Virus record (IMG/VR): IMGVR_UViG_3300013297_000004
Coordinates: 992 to 64,991 of that record
Reading direction: 5' to 3' (one strand)
Origin: a virus
Lineage: Duplodnaviria; Caudoviricetes
Length of the DNA: 64,000 bases
Below the pieces are notes generated by a model, which saw only the letters and a list, made by a program, of their open reading frames with translations, did no database searches and was not told the DNA's origin. Position 1 is the first letter of the stretch; every line of letters begins with the position of its first letter. This document shows, piece by piece, positions 19,149 to 27,808 of the stretch. The position numbers were made by a program, and so were the translations under genes.

Positions 19149-19360
19149 GACGCTGCTCCTATGGGGATGTCGGTCTTGCCGTCGTTCAGGTCCTCGCCGT
19201 ATAGCTCGATCTTCGGCACAGTGGTGTCGCCGCAGATCAGCACAGCATCTGAATGAAGCTGCCGACCAGCACGTTGCAGGGCTTCGGTCAGGGCCTGCAT
19301 GCGGTCGGCAGTGTCGATGCCTGTTACCTTCAACTCGATGTGGAACGCCTTGGTCGCCAT
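19145..19360 (-). CDS. hypothetical protein
   Basis: MATKAFHIEL... with GAGGGAG SD. Confidence 0.55.
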   Translation of the reverse strand: MATKAFHIELKVTGIDTADRMQALTEALQRAGRQLHSDAVLICGDTTVPKIELYGEDLNDGKTDIPIGAAS

Positions 19361-19362
19361 GG

Positions 19363-19563
19363 TCACTCCCTCAGGTACAGTCCGTTGGAGATGTCGTTGA
19401 ACGCTTGCTGCAGCTGCTCGTCGGTGGTTTGCCCGGGGATCACCCGCACATGGTAGGTATCCTTTCGCTTGGGATCGACCACGACCTCGATCATCTTCCC
19501 ATTGGCCGGTCGAAAGGCGGGGTCGATATTGATGGCAATAAACCTCACGGTAGTTCTCCCCAT
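19363..19563 (-). CDS. hypothetical protein
   Basis: Tiles the operon, stop adjacent to next SD. Confidence 0.5.
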   Translation of the reverse strand: MGRTTVRFIAINIDPAFRPANGKMIEVVVDPKRKDTYHVRVIPGQTTDEQLQQAFNDISNGLYLRE

Positions 19564-19579
19564 TATACATCTGGTGCAC

Positions 19580-19609
19580 AGAGAAGCTAGGGGGCTTGCG
19601 CCCCCTAGC
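19580..19609 (-). terminator. intrinsic terminator-like hairpin
   Basis: GCTAGGGGGC-GCAA-GCCCCCTAGC on minus strand (GNRA loop) followed by TTCTCT. Confidence 0.6.
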
Positions 19610-19623
19610 CTAGCGATACCTCA

Positions 19624-19640
19624 TTACGCCCGGGGCGTAA
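19624..19640. repeat. 17-bp palindrome copy (perfect), intergenic
   Basis: TTACGCCCGGGGCGTAA followed 18 bp later by half-site TTACGCC. Confidence 0.95.
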
Positions 19641-19641
19641 C

Positions 19642-20130
19642 TTACGCCTTGGTCACGACCTTGCGCTTGCGGATCGTGCCCGCCTTCTTCGCCACGACGT
19701 TGGTCGCCTCGGTCTTGTCGACCTCGACCAGCGCCTGCTCGACCACGGTCATGCCGGGCTCGCCCGTGACCGGGATCGGCACCCCGACGTTCACCTTGGT
19801 GCCCTCGGCGAGCATCATGGTGTAGATGACGGAGCCATCGGCCATCGCCAGCACGTCATGGTAGCCACCGCGAGTGATGACGACCGGGACGTTGGTCTTG
19901 CCCTCCCACGCCTTCTTGAGCGCGGTCGGCGGGGTCATGAACTTGTTCGAGAACTCGATCTTCTCGACCCAGCCCTCGACCTGACCCTTGATGCAGACGA
20001 GACGGGTATCGCCCGTCTTGTCCTGCGGGTAGAGACCCCGCAGATTGTATCCACCCGGCAGCGTTTCGACCTGAAGGCGCTCCTCCTTCTTGGCTGCACG
20101 ATGCGGGACGTGGATGCTAGCTTCGCACAT
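19642..20130 (-). CDS. hypothetical protein resembling a conserved Rhizobiales family (MCDYSLH... type)
   Basis: MCEASIH..RAAK, RG, VC and HDVLAMADGSVI..MLAEG..V resemble that family as recalled; flanked by palindrome copies on both sides. Confidence 0.6.
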   Translation of the reverse strand: MCEASIHVPHRAAKKEERLQVETLPGGYNLRGLYPQDKTGDTRLVCIKGQVEGWVEKIEFSNKFMTPPTALKKAWEGKTNVPVVITRGGYHDVLAMADGSVIYTMMLAEGTKVNVGVPIPVTGEPGMTVVEQALVEVDKTEATNVVAKKAGTIRKRKVVTKA

Positions 20131-20169
20131 AGTCTACTCCATACTTGAGGTTAAGTTTTTACGCTACGC

Positions 20170-20186
20170 TTACGCTCGGGGCGTAA
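20170..20186. repeat. 17-bp palindrome copy, intergenic
   Basis: TTACGCTCGGGGCGTAA preceded by TTACGC-TACGC half-sites. Confidence 0.9.
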
Positions 20187-20433
20187 CTGCCCCGCCACAG
20201 GACGGCAACGGGTCAACGCCCGTTGCCGTCTTTGCCGAAGTTGAAGTGCATGTGTTCGCGCAGATCGCGGGCAAGGCTGTCGAAGTCGAGGTAGACCTTC
20301 TTCAGCACGATGATCCCTTGCTGGGTCGACGACGACTGCTTGCGGATCACCATCTGTGCGCCATTGTCCATCTGCTCGATGGTTGCCTTGAGGGTATGGT
20401 CGTTGCGCTCGACCTCAATGGTCCGAGGTTCTT

Positions 20434-21558
20434 TCAACGGGCTCCTCCTAACGCGTTGATCAGCGCCACTAGCTCGGGCTGATCCTGTGTCCACTTCGCG
20501 AACGGCTTGCTGTTGACCAGCCGGAAGTTACGGCGGGTCGCGGCCTTCGCGAAGGTGATGTGGAACTCGGGGCGCAGGCGTCGCACATAGGTGACGCCCT
20601 GCTCGATGGTCTTGTCGTCCACGTTGTAGGCGGCGAGATGCGCCACCATCAGCTGCGCTCCTGCATTGGTCGGCACCTTGGCTCGGCCCGGGCCGCGCAC
20701 GATGTCATCCCAATCCGGTATGTCGTCCTTGAACTTCAAGAACGTTATCAAGTCTCGGCTTGCAGGCGCGCCAATCTGGCCGCCTGCCGCCTCGGTGAAC
20801 CCGTCAACGTCGGTCAACGCGCCATCGCTGGTCATGAAGCACCGCTTGGCCACGGCCTCCAGCATGACCAGCGAACGCGCCGTGCAGTACGGTCCCTGCT
20901 TCTCGGGCAGCTCGCCCGAGAAGACCACCGCAGGATGCTGCTCGGCGAACGCCTTGAACACCGGGTGGATGTCGTTGCGGTCGGCCCAGTCCATCCATGC
21001 AGCGATGGTCTGGGTAGCGAGCAGCAACGCCTTCCGGTTGATGATGAAGTCGAACTCCTTGGTCGAACCCTGCCGACCATCGTCGGCATGGTTGGTCAGC
21101 AGGATACGGCCAGCTCCCTTCTTGAGGTACCAATTGCCAATCCCCCCATACAGGAGAACAGGCGCGGCGGCCTTCTTGACCTCCGGGTTGGCCTTGTCGA
21201 ACTCCTCGAGCACCAGCACCGGCACGTCGAAGTCGTTGAGCCATGTCGATGCCTGTCCCGGGTCGGCGCGCAGGAAAACAGGAGCAGACCATTCGCTGAT
21301 CATCTGCTCCTGCTGAGTGCCATCCGGCATGGTGATCTTGACGAGGCGCGGCATGAGGTACCCCGTCACGTCGGGCGGGGTCCACGTTGCCGCGAAGTGT
21401 GCACCGATGCCCCAGCTTTTGCCGGAGCGCCGGTTCTGGTCATGGACGAACTGGCGAACCATGTCCGTCTTGCCGATGCCTGATCTACCTCTAATCTCGA
21501 CGCACACATTTGCTGCGATGTAGTGCGGCAATAGTTCGATGATCTTGCTGAGGTCCAT
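20434..21558 (-). CDS. MoxR-like AAA+ ATPase
   Basis: Walker A GRSGIGKT, PPDVTGY, Walker B LVLEEFDKA, TN, INR, W.DWA, TARS; usual partner of DUF2201-vWA proteins. Confidence 0.85.
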   Translation of the reverse strand: MDLSKIIELLPHYIAANVCVEIRGRSGIGKTDMVRQFVHDQNRRSGKSWGIGAHFAATWTPPDVTGYLMPRLVKITMPDGTQQEQMISEWSAPVFLRADPGQASTWLNDFDVPVLVLEEFDKANPEVKKAAAPVLLYGGIGNWYLKKGAGRILLTNHADDGRQGSTKEFDFIINRKALLLATQTIAAWMDWADRNDIHPVFKAFAEQHPAVVFSGELPEKQGPYCTARSLVMLEAVAKRCFMTSDGALTDVDGFTEAAGGQIGAPASRDLITFLKFKDDIPDWDDIVRGPGRAKVPTNAGAQLMVAHLAAYNVDDKTIEQGVTYVRRLRPEFHITFAKAATRRNFRLVNSKPFAKWTQDQPELVALINALGGAR

Positions 21559-21799
21559 TGTCGTTCGCCCTCTTTCTGTTGGCGCGTTGAATAGCCTGCC
21601 TGACCCAGCCCTTCTGTTTGTAGGGCTCGATCTTGCCTTGCTTCACGCGCATCCAGAACTCCGCTCCCTCGCTGGTGCGGATGCGAACGCCGGGATGCCG
21701 TCTCGATTGCTTGACCTGCAGTACCGTCGCTCCCATCGACCTCGCAGCGTCGCGAACGATCACGACAGTGTCGCGGTTGGTTAGGTTGCGCGTGCCCAT
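21491..21799 (-). CDS. small basic hypothetical protein
   Basis: AAGGAG SD immediately after palindrome copy. Confidence 0.6.
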   Translation of the reverse strand: MGTRNLTNRDTVVIVRDAARSMGATVLQVKQSRRHPGVRIRTSEGAEFWMRVKQGKIEPYKQKGWVRQAIQRANRKRANDNGPQQDHRTIAALHRSKCVRRD

Positions 21800-21813
21800 T
21801 GCTTCTCCTTGAG

Positions 21814-21830
21814 TTACGCTCCGGGCGTAA
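21814..21830. repeat. 17-bp palindrome copy providing a stop codon
   Basis: TTACGCTCCGGGCGTAA. Confidence 0.9.
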
Positions 21831-22044
21831 GTCGGATGCGGAGCCCTGCCTTTTGCAGGGCCTCCTTGAGTGGCTTGGCGTAGAGCGCCGCTACCTTGAT
21901 TTCGAGGTCGCGCAGCTGATCGGGGAGGAAGGTTCCTCCGGCGATCACCTTGCCGCCGTACTGGCCGACGATGCTGTGGGCGGCCAAGTCACGCGTGTCG
22001 CCCGGCCGTCCGATGAAGTCTGCGGTAAACGTCTCGTCTTCCAT
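21814..22044 (-). CDS. hypothetical protein; stop codon supplied by palindrome
   Basis: AGGAGG SD; ends ...LTPGA-TAA inside the repeat. Confidence 0.6.
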   Translation of the reverse strand: MEDETFTADFIGRPGDTRDLAAHSIVGQYGGKVIAGGTFLPDQLRDLEIKVAALYAKPLKEALQKAGLRIRLTPGA

Positions 22045-22417
22045 GTCAGTCCTCCTAATCGCCGTACCATACCCACCAATGAAACTGCTTACAGGCTTGC
22101 CGCCATGTCAGGCCGCTCCACCATAGCTTGCACACATGCACTGGCCAAAAGGCAGCTCGGTCCATGCGTTCCTCGTATGTATGTGGTCTTCGCATTATTC
22201 CTCCTCGATGGGTTCGTCGGTGTGGTACGCGATCAGGATATCATCCCGATACTTCTTCAGCTTCTCGGCCTCGCACTTGCTGCAACAGTAAAACAGGAAG
22301 ATGCCATGCCCGTCATGCTTGGCGTAGCGTTGCTCGGTCGAACCGCAGGTGCAGTTGGTTAGCTGGTACTTCATCGAATACTCCCTACTTGAAGTTTACT
22401 CCTTACAACCCACGATG

Positions 22418-22798
22418 TCAATGAACCTGAGAGCCATCGTTCCATATCTGCCGCAGGCGCTGCAGGATGGCGACGACCTCGGGGCCGACAAAGGCGACGC
22501 CGCTTTCGGGCGGATCACCCGTGAAGATGTGGTCGTACAGTGGCCGACTGAGATAGATCACCGTGCCGGTTCGCACGACTTCGTCGGGTGCCTTATCCGG
22601 GTTGGACTTGGTCGGGTCGATCTCGACCAAGGCGATCAGGTTGTGAATGTGGTGACGCTTGTGCTGCAGGCACAAGCCCCAGTCTAGCTTGGTCCTCGGC
22701 GGTCGCTTGCCTTTGTGGATCAGCACACCGCCGGTCGGGTATCGGCGCAGGCAGACCATGCAAATCTCACGTTCCTTATACACTCGGGCTTTGTCCAT
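22418..22798 (-). CDS. hypothetical Cys-containing protein
   Basis: MDKARVYKEREICMVC...WGLCLQH...IALVEID; GGGAG SD. Confidence 0.6.
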   Translation of the reverse strand: MDKARVYKEREICMVCLRRYPTGGVLIHKGKRPPRTKLDWGLCLQHKRHHIHNLIALVEIDPTKSNPDKAPDEVVRTGTVIYLSRPLYDHIFTGDPPESGVAFVGPEVVAILQRLRQIWNDGSQVH

Positions 22799-22824
22799 TT
22801 CATTCTCCCATGACTGAACGACGA

Positions 22825-22849
22825 ATGGCCCGCCATGAGGGCGGGCCAT
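22825..22849. terminator. GC-rich hairpin after 22865-23311 gene
   Basis: ATGGCCCGCC-ATGAG-GGCGGGCCAT 10-bp stem; weak U tract. Confidence 0.5.
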
Positions 22850-22864
22850 CCAGATCGGCTAGTG

Positions 22865-23311
22865 CTACTCGAACAGGGACCTCAGTGAATTGATGCCCTT
22901 CGGGGCATCGTCACGCACAGAGGTCACGACATGATGCGACACGCGATGCAGCCTGCCGGTCTTGCCCTTGCCCTTGGGCTTGTAGTGCGCCCCCAGCTTC
23001 TTGACGCCGCGCGGAGCCTCCAGCTTGTAGTCGCCTGCCTGCATGCGACCACCCCGGTCGAAGATCATCAGCTCCAAGTAGAGCGACTTCGGCGTCATGT
23101 AACGGCTGACCGTGCCATCCTTGTGCATGACGTAGGTCATTGTCTTGTGGACCCTTGCCGTGGAGAAGTTCTCCTGTCGGCACAACGCATTGGCGGCAGC
23201 GCAGTAGTCACCATCCTTTCGCTTGCTGCCGCCGATATCTTCTTCGGTGATGTGAAGCACCAGATCACGTTTCGCGTCTTTCACGGGTAAGTCCAACTTT
23301 CGTTTGGCCAT
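22865..23311 (-). CDS. basic hypothetical protein
   Basis: 148-aa ORF, AGGAG SD. Confidence 0.65.
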   Translation of the reverse strand: MAKRKLDLPVKDAKRDLVLHITEEDIGGSKRKDGDYCAAANALCRQENFSTARVHKTMTYVMHKDGTVSRYMTPKSLYLELMIFDRGGRMQAGDYKLEAPRGVKKLGAHYKPKGKGKTGRLHRVSHHVVTSVRDDAPKGINSLRSLFE

Positions 23312-23633
23312 CGCTCAGTCTCCTGTCGTTGTTGAATGTCTCGTCGTCGTCATCGTCATTGATTACGCCCCGGGCGTATGTGAACCGACTGTATAGTGGT
23401 TCCCAATTCGCACCGTCCTTATACTCCAGTTTTTGCGGCAGGTTATTAAGCAGCCGCTCGTCATCCTCGATGCGGTCGATGTCGATCTTGGTCAACACCC
23501 ATGCCGTCTCGGGGTCGTCAGTCCAGCCCTTGGTAATCGACCAATACAGCAGGCGGTCCTCGGGCCCATGCCATGTTAGGGCATGTGGCGTAGTGTCGTT
23601 GATATCGTCCTCGTCGATCATTGGTTGCTCCAT
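23265..23633 (-). CDS. acidic hypothetical protein containing an in-frame palindrome copy
   Basis: ORF track; TYARGVI encoded by the repeat. Confidence 0.55.
   Translation of the reverse strand: MEQPMIDEDDINDTTPHALTWHGPEDRLLYWSITKGWTDDPETAWVLTKIDIDRIEDDERLLNNLPQKLEYKDGANWEPLYSRFTYARGVINDDDDDETFNNDRRLSDGQTKVGLTRERRET
23363..23379. repeat. 17-bp palindrome copy, intragenic
   Basis: TTACGCCCCGGGCGTAT. Confidence 0.9.
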
Positions 23634-23664
23634 CCATGTGAACCCCCTTAGTCCTCAGGGCCTC

Positions 23665-24186
23665 TCACCACCCTGTTACAGCGTCAACCGTGTCTTGCGG
23701 CTTCTGCCAGCGATAGCCGAAGCCGGTGTAGTTCTCTATCCAGTCCCATTTGGGATCGCAGTTCTCGAACTTGCGCCTGATGCGCTTGACCAGTGACCGC
23801 ACGTTGGTGCGATAACCGTCTGTCCCACCCGCCGCGAAGCCAGCGTAGTGGACGTTGTCGTAGACCACGCGATACGAGATGAACGTGCCGATGTGGTCGA
23901 TCAGTAGCCCGACGATCCTGAACTCGGTCGTCGTCAACTCGACGTCGTTGCTGCCCCAGAAGGCGCGCTGCATGGCGAACTGCAGTCGCAGTTGTCCCAA
24001 CGTCAGGTCCTTGCGCGTCGGCTGATTGCGCAGGTGCCAGTAGTTGTGGATGACCGTCAGCAGGTAGTCGGTCGTCACGTTGGTATAACCGCGACGCCAT
24101 GTATCGAGGTAGTCACGCAGCGCGTTCGGGTTCTTGCTGCGGTGTAGTTCCTGCGCCTTGTTATGCGCAGCCGTGGCTTGTGACAC
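23665..24186 (-). CDS. OmpR/PhoB (ChvI-like) winged-helix DNA-binding protein lacking a receiver domain
   Basis: VELTTTEFRIVGLL...ISYRVVYD...TNVRSLVKRIRRKF...IENYTGFGYRW = Trans_reg_C; start re-assigned to GTG 24186 after GGGAG SD. Confidence 0.85.
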   Translation of the reverse strand: MSQATAAHNKAQELHRSKNPNALRDYLDTWRRGYTNVTTDYLLTVIHNYWHLRNQPTRKDLTLGQLRLQFAMQRAFWGSNDVELTTTEFRIVGLLIDHIGTFISYRVVYDNVHYAGFAAGGTDGYRTNVRSLVKRIRRKFENCDPKWDWIENYTGFGYRWQKPQDTVDAVTGW

Positions 24187-24203
24187 GTCAGTCTCCCTCA
24201 CGT

Positions 24204-24389
24204 TTATGGTTCGATGTTGACCAGCAGCCATCCCGTCAGGACAGCCAGCAGCAGTAGCCCGAACATCGCCTGCTCTATCCGAGCTAGGCTGAGCGTCGGT
24301 ATCGACTTGAAGATGCTGATGTAGGCTGCCAATGCTCCTGTTGCCGACAGCAGCACCATTAACCCCATCGTCCAGTATAGACACGACAT
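24204..24389 (-). CDS. small two-TM membrane protein
   Basis: Two hydrophobic segments; GGGAG SD. Confidence 0.55.
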   Translation of the reverse strand: MSCLYWTMGLMVLLSATGALAAYISIFKSIPTLSLARIEQAMFGLLLLAVLTGWLLVNIEP

Positions 24390-24467
24390 CGTTGCTCCCT
24401 TTCATCTACTTACCTTTCACTTCTCACTCGTCGTTTCTTCAACAGGCTGATCCGTACAGCCCGCCGC

Positions 24468-24484
24468 TTACGCGCGGGGCGTAA
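24468..24484. repeat. 17-bp palindrome copy, intergenic after FkbM gene
   Basis: TTACGCGCGGGGCGTAA. Confidence 0.9.
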
Positions 24485-24507
24485 CTTGCCGCGCGCTTTC
24501 CTGAGAG

Positions 24508-25230
24508 CTACACGGCGAACCACTGGCGGTTCCTCCGCTGCCCTGCGTTGTTTGGAATAAACAACAGGTCGAGCTGCGCCGTCATATCATCTAGCGGGCG
24601 GCGCAACATGCCCATCACGTCGGCCAGTACGAAATCGTACTCGGACATCAGGCTGATTATGTCCCGCACTTCCGGGCCATCCTTGACGGTCGACAAGGTA
24701 CTGGTCTCGACGATCACGGCAGCCACCTTGTCGATCACCCCCTCCATGCCACGCAGCACCATCAGCTCGGCCCCCTGCACGTCGATCTTGACCAGTGCAG
24801 GGGTTCTGAACTTCGGGAACATGTGGTCGAAGCGGCGCATCGGCACGGTGTCGAAGCGCACCACGTTGGCCTTGTCGTTGAAGTCGGTCATCATCGACGA
24901 GCCCAACAAGTCTTTGTGAATGGCGAAGTTCGCCATGCCGTCGTGGTCGGACAGCGCGATGAAGTGCAGCTCGGCGCGGCCCTTCATGTAGCGTTGGATT
25001 TTCTCCATGTAGGGCCAGCCCTCTTTGGCGGGCTCGATCAGGTGGTAGTGCGCCTCGGGATACATCTTGTAGAGTTCCCATGTCCCGAAGGCGACGCCGA
25101 TATCGAACACGGTGACGGGCACAAGCCCGAACTTGGTGAGCGACGTCGTCCACGACAGCTCGGTACGCAGCCATGGCATGTGGTGCTTGTAGGGCCGCAA
25201 CAGGTCCTTGATCACCCGCTTAACGTTCAT
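24508..25230 (-). CDS. FkbM-family SAM-dependent methyltransferase
   Basis: VFDIGVAFG, HLIEP, IALSDHDG, VPMRRFD, LVKIDVQGAELMVLRG, QLDLLF. Confidence 0.9.
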   Translation of the reverse strand: MNVKRVIKDLLRPYKHHMPWLRTELSWTTSLTKFGLVPVTVFDIGVAFGTWELYKMYPEAHYHLIEPAKEGWPYMEKIQRYMKGRAELHFIALSDHDGMANFAIHKDLLGSSMMTDFNDKANVVRFDTVPMRRFDHMFPKFRTPALVKIDVQGAELMVLRGMEGVIDKVAAVIVETSTLSTVKDGPEVRDIISLMSEYDFVLADVMGMLRRPLDDMTAQLDLLFIPNNAGQRRNRQWFAV

Positions 25231-25402
25231 TGCTTGGTACCTCCAGATGGATGCCGCGCACGGCATAGTGACGGGCGTACTGATCGTTCGCCCACTTGAT
25301 CAACTCGTCGATGCTTTTCTCGGCGTTGCGCAGTCGGAGGAACATCGAGTAGTTCATACCGACCAAGAACGTCACCAATGACAGCAGTAGCCACATGTAC
25401 AT
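25220..25402 (-). CDS. small membrane-anchored protein
   Basis: N-terminal TM; AGGAGG SD. Confidence 0.55.
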   Translation of the reverse strand: MYMWLLLSLVTFLVGMNYSMFLRLRNAEKSIDELIKWANDQYARHYAVRGIHLEVPSNER

Positions 25403-25411
25403 GTTGTCCTC

Positions 25412-25966
25412 CTAGTGTTTGGTTTGGTCCTCGTCCTCAAGCACCATGCGGCCGACCATACCCGACGCCTTGATGCCCGCGCCTTCGCCCTCGATGCAGC
25501 CCTGCAGGGGATCGAGCAGCATGGTCGGCGTGTCGGGCAGGGTGTTGGCGGGTCGGCTGATCTCGTACATCGCGATCAGCTGCATGCCCTTCTCAATCGC
25601 GTTGTACATCAGGCCCTCGCGCCGGTCGGGGTTATCGTGGAGGCTCTTGTGCGGGTCGATGGGCTTGTCGCCGTCCTTCGTTACCGTCACCATCCACGTC
25701 TCGGATATGACGATCACAGCCTTGACCTCGTCACCCTCGGCTACGTTTCGATGCAGACTATGCACGATGTCCTTGCCCGGTGGCCCCTCGAAGAACATGC
25801 CGAGCGGGATGACCGCGACCGTGACTTTGGGGTCGGTTGGGAAGACGAACATGGCGGGGACGTGGTCGTGCCCGGCCCCGATGATCTCGCGTGCCATCGG
25901 CAGCAGTTCGTTCAGCTGCTTCTTGAACCACGCGATGAACTCGGGCGTTGCTGGCCTAGTCTTCAT
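25412..25966 (-). CDS. hypothetical protein
   Basis: 184-aa ORF, GAGG SD. Confidence 0.65.
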   Translation of the reverse strand: MKTRPATPEFIAWFKKQLNELLPMAREIIGAGHDHVPAMFVFPTDPKVTVAVIPLGMFFEGPPGKDIVHSLHRNVAEGDEVKAVIVISETWMVTVTKDGDKPIDPHKSLHDNPDRREGLMYNAIEKGMQLIAMYEISRPANTLPDTPTMLLDPLQGCIEGEGAGIKASGMVGRMVLEDEDQTKH

Positions 25967-26165
25967 GATGCTTGTCCTCTTGCTTGGGTTGGTCGGGCAG
26001 TCGATCTGCGTCCTCGCGCAGGAACGCTGCGGTGGCGAGATAGGTACGCTTGTTGAACTTGATCGTCGTCGCGCTGGCCTGTTTCTCCAGCTCGTTAGCA
26101 GCCTCCAACAGTTGCTGTCGTGTCAATACCATTTGACGTTGCCCCTCTATTATCCCTGCCTCAAG

Positions 26166-26182
26166 TTACGCCCCGGGCGTAT
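26166..26182. repeat. 17-bp palindrome copy, intergenic
   Basis: TTACGCCCCGGGCGTAT. Confidence 0.9.
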
Positions 26183-26304
26183 ATCACAAATGGGGGCGGC
26201 TAACCGCGTATGGCTCGTGACACCATTAGCGGGCTACTCACCGCCCCCATCCACCACCCGACTTACTCCGGTCTTCCCTTGTCGGGTGATTGCGCCCTCC
26301 TCGT

Positions 26305-27129
26305 TTACCGCTTTTTCTTGTTCGCGCCCTGCCGCTGGACGACCTTGCGCTTGGCGTCCTGCTCCTTCGCCTTCTCCCGCGCCTTGACCATCGCCTTGGT
26401 ACCGCCGAGGTCGTCGATGATGCGGGCAACACTGTTGCGCGCCGTCTTCGCCGTCGCGTTGGTCCCTGCCGTGTCAGGGTACTTGTTGTTCATGATGTTC
26501 TCGATCTGGCGCAGCGCGATACCCCACAGCTCGACCTCCTCGCGCGGAACCTGAGAGCCGTCGTCCTCCGGCATGAGGATGGCCTTGATCTGCTCGTCGT
26601 TGAGCGGCACACGGGGCTCGTCGCATTGTCGGCGCGCCACTTCGAGCAACAGGTCATCGACCTGCCCCGTGATCTCCTCGTCCTCGCGGATGACCTTGAG
26701 CGCGCGATTGAACACGCCGAGCCCGCCTTGGTCGACGTCGTGGATCAGCGGCAGTGAGCCCAAGGTGATCATGCGATTGGCCTCACTCACCCTGATCTTG
26801 TAGTCCTTGCCGTCGGACCCGGCGATGCGCTTGCCCAGCTCGCCTGCCTTGCGCTTGCGGGCATCGGCGAAGCGTTGGTAGGCGATCTCGGGGTCCGACG
26901 GCGGCGATGTGGTATCGCCCTTCCTGCGGCGTACAGCAGGGACGATCCAACCCATGTGGGCGGCCTCGACGGTGGCTTGGAACCAGCCGACCTTGGAGGT
27001 ATCGCCTGCGCCTGCGTTGGTGCCGAACTGGGTACACTGGTCGAAGAAGCCTTGCCTCTGGGCCTCGATGTTGGATGGGGGTGGTGGTGCGGTCATTGCA
27101 GCTTGAGCCTTGGCGACTGACATGTTCAT
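26305..27129 (-). CDS. hypothetical helical protein with basic C-terminus
   Basis: 274 aa, strong codon bias, preceded by a tandem pair of palindromes. Confidence 0.75.
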   Translation of the reverse strand: MNMSVAKAQAAMTAPPPPSNIEAQRQGFFDQCTQFGTNAGAGDTSKVGWFQATVEAAHMGWIVPAVRRRKGDTTSPPSDPEIAYQRFADARKRKAGELGKRIAGSDGKDYKIRVSEANRMITLGSLPLIHDVDQGGLGVFNRALKVIREDEEITGQVDDLLLEVARRQCDEPRVPLNDEQIKAILMPEDDGSQVPREEVELWGIALRQIENIMNNKYPDTAGTNATAKTARNSVARIIDDLGGTKAMVKAREKAKEQDAKRKVVQRQGANKKKR

Positions 27130-27143
27130 GCTCCCAAGTTAAG

Positions 27144-27176
27144 TTACGCCCCGGGCGTATGTTACGCCCGGGGTAA
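27144..27176. repeat. tandem pair of palindrome copies (second has 2-nt deletion)
   Basis: TTACGCCCCGGGCGTAT-G-TTACGCCCGGGGTAA. Confidence 0.9.
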
Positions 27177-27194
27177 CTATTTGCAAATGACTTC

Positions 27195-27464
27195 TTACGC
27201 AGCGACCTTCTTCTTGGTCGCCACCGGGACCGTGGTCTTCTCGGCCTCGCGGATCGCCTGCTTGACCGCCTTCATGCCGGGCTTACCCGTCAGCTTGGGC
27301 ATGGGCGCACAGGTGTCGAGGTCGTAGTCGAGCAGCCACTTGTAGTGCTGCTGCCACGACCTGACGCTGTTGCGCAGGTATTCATTGGGCTTGTTCCTGA
27401 GCCCCCGCCGATACTCGTTGACGTACCGCTTGGCAGCGGCTTCGGTGTTGATATGAACACACAT
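27195..27464 (-). CDS. small basic hypothetical protein
   Basis: AGGGAG SD. Confidence 0.6.
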   Translation of the reverse strand: MCVHINTEAAAKRYVNEYRRGLRNKPNEYLRNSVRSWQQHYKWLLDYDLDTCAPMPKLTGKPGMKAVKQAIREAEKTTVPVATKKKVAA

Positions 27465-27508
27465 CAGTGGTCTCCCTATGGTCAGTGTTGAGCACGCTTA
27501 CGCTTACG

Positions 27509-27808
27509 CTACTTCCGTCTGAAGCCCTGCACAGGACGGGCTGCCGCCCATGTCTCCAAGGCTTCTAGCCGAGCCATGATGTCGGTGATGCTGCCCGGTT
27601 TGGTCGGCTTGACGATGTCGCCGATCAGTCCCTTGCGCAGGTGGATGACGTTGGTGATGTTGGCCTTGCCCTCCATCTCCTTGACGATGCGCTCGTCGTC
27701 CCAGCCGTCTTTGTAGGCTGCCGTGCCATCGGCTTGGCGCACGCAGTTGGCCTTGATCAGCTCGCCGAGGCGAACAATGTCGGGATGCTTCAGTACACTT
27801 TTAGCCAT
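27509..27808 (-). CDS. hypothetical protein
   Basis: MAKSVLKHPD..., AAGGA SD. Confidence 0.6.
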   Translation of the reverse strand: MAKSVLKHPDIVRLGELIKANCVRQADGTAAYKDGWDDERIVKEMEGKANITNVIHLRKGLIGDIVKPTKPGSITDIMARLEALETWAAARPVQGFRRK

